From an uncultured bacterium (GTDB lineage Bacteria > Patescibacteriota > Minisyncoccia > Minisyncoccales > Minisyncoccaceae): a DNA stretch of 24,000 nt. Both the position numbers and the translations under genes were made by a program. Below the pieces are notes generated by a model. The model made no database searches and was not told the origin of the DNA. It worked only from the letters and a program-made list of their open reading frames with translations. The stretch spans positions 19,456-43,455 of the forward strand of contig CAWDHP010000003.1 of the NCBI GenBank assembly GCA_963802195.1. The letters run 5' to 3'. Shown here one piece after another: positions 21,977-24,000 of the stretch (positions within the stretch are counted from its first letter, which is position 1; each line of letters starts with the position of its first letter).

Positions 21977-22940
21977 CTATAGTCTTACAAAAACCTCAGT
22001 CATGATAAAGGCTATATATATAAATAGTAAGAATATTGCCTCTTTCTTGCTTATCTGGCTATCGTTTTTAATAAAGATAAAGAAGAAGATTATAGCAATA
22101 AATAAGAAGATTCTAGCTACTCCAAAGGGAGAAAAGTCAGTGATATAGATTGGATTAATCAAAGCTACAATTCCTAAAACAAGGGTGGCGGGAGCAACGA
22201 TTGTTCCCATTAAATCTCCTAAAATCATCCATTCCATTCTTTTCCTAGCTGAACTAATAGCAAAGAATATCTCAGGTGCACAGTTACCTAATCCAACGAT
22301 AAACAAACCAATCATGACTATGGGCCAATTAAATGTAGCAGCAAAATATTTGGCTGATCTAACTATTCCTTCTGAGGCGACAGCAAACATTGCTAAACTT
22401 AAAATGATTTTAAAGACTCCACTAAAAGAAGCCTTAAAGCTTTCAGTTGGGGTTGCTTCATCTTCACACTCCTTACTAAATCTTTCTTTTTTAGAGAAGA
22501 GCCAGCCAACATAGACAAAGAAGAAGGCAATCATGATAATACCATCGATTCTTGAAAGATTGCCATCCCAGACTAGAAGTATTGGTAAAATAGCAGCAAT
22601 AACAGTAAACAATAATGTTGTGTGTACGGTTTTGCTCTTGGCTGGTATTCCTCCTTTAGCGAAGAAGGCGGCCAAAGCAACAGCTAAAGTTAAATCAACA
22701 ACATTTCCTCCGATTACATCTCCAAAAGATAATTGTGGAATTCCATGCAAGAGCTGAAGATATACCAACAAAGAGGTTAGGTAAAGAACCAACAAAAGCC
22801 ATAATTAAAAAAGAAACTACGAATTCTTTCCAACCTAGAAACTTAGCAATCTTTATCAAACTCTTAACTATTAATTCACCCGAGAAGTAGAAAGCAAGAC
22901 AGGAAGCAAGGAACATCAGAACATAGATTAAAGTGGCCAT
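21977..22940 (-). pseudogene. Ca2+/Na+ antiporter family (CaCA/YrbG-like) membrane protein, interrupted by a single-base frameshift near 22748
   Basis: Two overlapping ORFs (22695-22940 and 21977-22795). GSLPNLFVGISSAL continues in the other frame as HGIPQLSFGDVIGGNVVDL (alpha-repeat motif). A second alpha-repeat GLGNCAPEIFFAISSA lies downstream. Confidence 0.75.
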
Positions 22941-23020
22941 TTCTTTATGTTAATTTTTATTGCTTCTATTATACTACATTTTGGATATAAAAAAAGAGTA
23001 GAAATGTAATTTTACATAAT

Positions 23021-23428
23021 CTACCCACCTCGATGGTCCCAGAATTCTCCGAATGATCCATCCTGTAAAAGAATCCATACATACCCCTTTATAAAAGACG
23101 AAAGGACAGATTCTAATTGTTTGCGGAGCATTCTTTTCCGATCTTTAATATTTTTCAATCTTTCTGGATAAGAATTAGCCCAGACAATAATCATTAGGTC
23201 GTGTTCGGTTTTGTCAAATGGACCAAAATCACTAACGATAATTTCGATATCATTGGCTGTAAGCTTTCCATCTTGATTATCGCACGTTAATGAGCTTGCA
23301 ACGAAATTTGGTAAGTTATCGATAATCCTACCTGTCAATATGTCATCCGTTATAACTTTGGGATTTCTCCTTACAAGAACAAGTGGCATTTTGATCATCT
23401 CCCTATCTCTTTGAGATAGTGTAAACAA
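23021..23428 (-). CDS. hypothetical protein
   Basis: 135-aa ORF from a TTG start. ATG codons at 23398 and 23389 are alternatives (GGGAG lies upstream of 23389). No motif recognised. Confidence 0.45.
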   Translation of the reverse strand: MFTLSQRDREMIKMPLVLVRRNPKVITDDILTGRIIDNLPNFVASSLTCDNQDGKLTANDIEIIVSDFGPFDKTEHDLMIIVWANSYPERLKNIKDRKRMLRKQLESVLSSFIKGYVWILLQDGSFGEFWDHRGG

Positions 23429-23461
23429 AAAATACCATAATTTGGTATTTCTGTAAATATG

Positions 23462-23534
23462 CGGTCCTAACCGGATTCGAACCGGTGTTCTTAGATTGAG
23501 AATCTAATGTCCTAGGCCTCTAGACGATAGGACC
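23462..23534 (-). tRNA. tRNA-Glu (anticodon CUC)
   Basis: Manual cloverleaf: acceptor GGUCCUA/UAGGACC; D arm GUCU-AGAGGCCUA-GGAC, typical of tRNA-Glu; anticodon arm UUAGA-UUCUCAA-UCUAA; T arm ACCGG-UUCGAAU-CCGGU; discriminator G. Confidence 0.85.
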
Positions 23535-23560
23535 AATACAATACTTAAATATCATATATA

Positions 23561-24000
23561 TCACTGTTTGTCCAAGGTTGTAGTTGTGGTAACTGTATCA
23601 TCATAGTCTGGTGGAATCTGCCAGTAATCAAAGATGTACTTAGCTAAGTCATGAAAAATAGGGACAGCTGAATATTCAGATGTTTTGGTAGCTGTCGGGT
23701 TGTTTAATTTTATAAGAATAATGAATTTAGGATCAAGGGCTGGAGCAAAACCCATAAATGTTTGCCAAGTTTGGTCTGAGTATCCTGATTTGCTTATCCC
23801 AATTGAAGTATATGGAACTTGAGATGTTCCTGTTTTGCCCCCAATCCAATAGCCTGAATTCTTAGCCAAGTGTCCGAATCCTTTTTCAACCACATTAATT
23901 AACATTGTTCTTAATTGACTACTCGTTTCAGCGGAAACAACATTATCTTTTACAATTATTGGTTGTATTTTCTTCACTTGTCCGGCAGTAGTTATGGTGT
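23561..24000 (-). CDS. penicillin-binding protein, transpeptidase domain C-terminal part (gene continues beyond the window)
   Basis: The KTG motif is present in IGGKTGTSQV. The frame stays open upstream of the track start (…TITTAGQVKKIQP…) to base 24000. Confidence 0.75.
   Translation of the reverse strand, partial: TITTAGQVKKIQPIIVKDNVVSAETSSQLRTMLINVVEKGFGHLAKNSGYWIGGKTGTSQVPYTSIGISKSGYSDQTWQTFMGFAPALDPKFIILIKLNNPTATKTSEYSAVPIFHDLAKYIFDYWQIPPDYDDTVTTTTTLDKQ

Noticed and set aside
17025-22940. An alternative genetic code (UGA as a sense codon, as in some CPR lineages) as the explanation for the split cysS, dnaB and CaCA ORFs.
   Set aside because: Reading through the stops in frame gives sequences unlike the protein families. 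In each case the family-typical sequence continues in a shifted frame. Other genes are intact under the standard code.

Overview
The window is an AT-rich bacterial chromosome segment whose genes mostly lack Shine-Dalgarno (SD) sites. By composition and gene content it looks like a small-genome, CPR/Patescibacteria-like organism, but that is inference. Housekeeping genes present: dCMP deaminase, dnaX, cysK, cysS, a GT4 glycosyltransferase, dnaB, rplU, a CaCA antiporter, a partial PBP, tRNA-Gln and tRNA-Glu. There is also an MNT-HEPN pair. Between the dCMP deaminase gene and tRNA-Gln lies an insert of about 9 kb (roughly 3.4-12.8 kb). It consists of about 8 kb of visibly GC-richer cargo that uses strong SD sites, plus a host-like AT-rich large serine recombinase gene. 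All cargo is on the minus strand and is unusually RNA-centric. It contains two textbook type III hammerhead ribozymes (7201-7253, 9955-10007). It contains two paralogous, highly structured leader RNAs of about 0.7 kb (6458-7148, 10445-11180), which share a core of about 230 nt with compensatory stem changes. It has three consensus sigma70-type promoters, each preceded at a fixed 7-nt distance by a perfect TTATCCACA (DnaA-box) 9-mer. Cargo proteins are a Csx3 (ring-nuclease family) protein with a separate P-loop NTPase, two orphan proteins (401 and 127 aa), a nucleotide-kinase/polyprenyl-synthase-like fusion, and an SplB-like radical SAM enzyme. No CRISPR-Cas locus is in the window. I consider this island a candidate undescribed RNA-plus-nucleotide-chemistry system (defence, anti-defence or RNA processing); its function cannot be read from the sequence. 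Other observations: a 1.4 kb gene-free stretch (14.75-16.15 kb) holds five tandem consensus minus-strand promoters with terminators, a possible sRNA array. Host genes show leaderless-type promoters. A possible Cys leader-peptide attenuator precedes cysK-cysS. Three housekeeping genes (cysS, dnaB, CaCA) each carry a single-base frameshift, which could be an assembly indel or real decay. All family assignments come from motifs recognised by eye; no searches were run.
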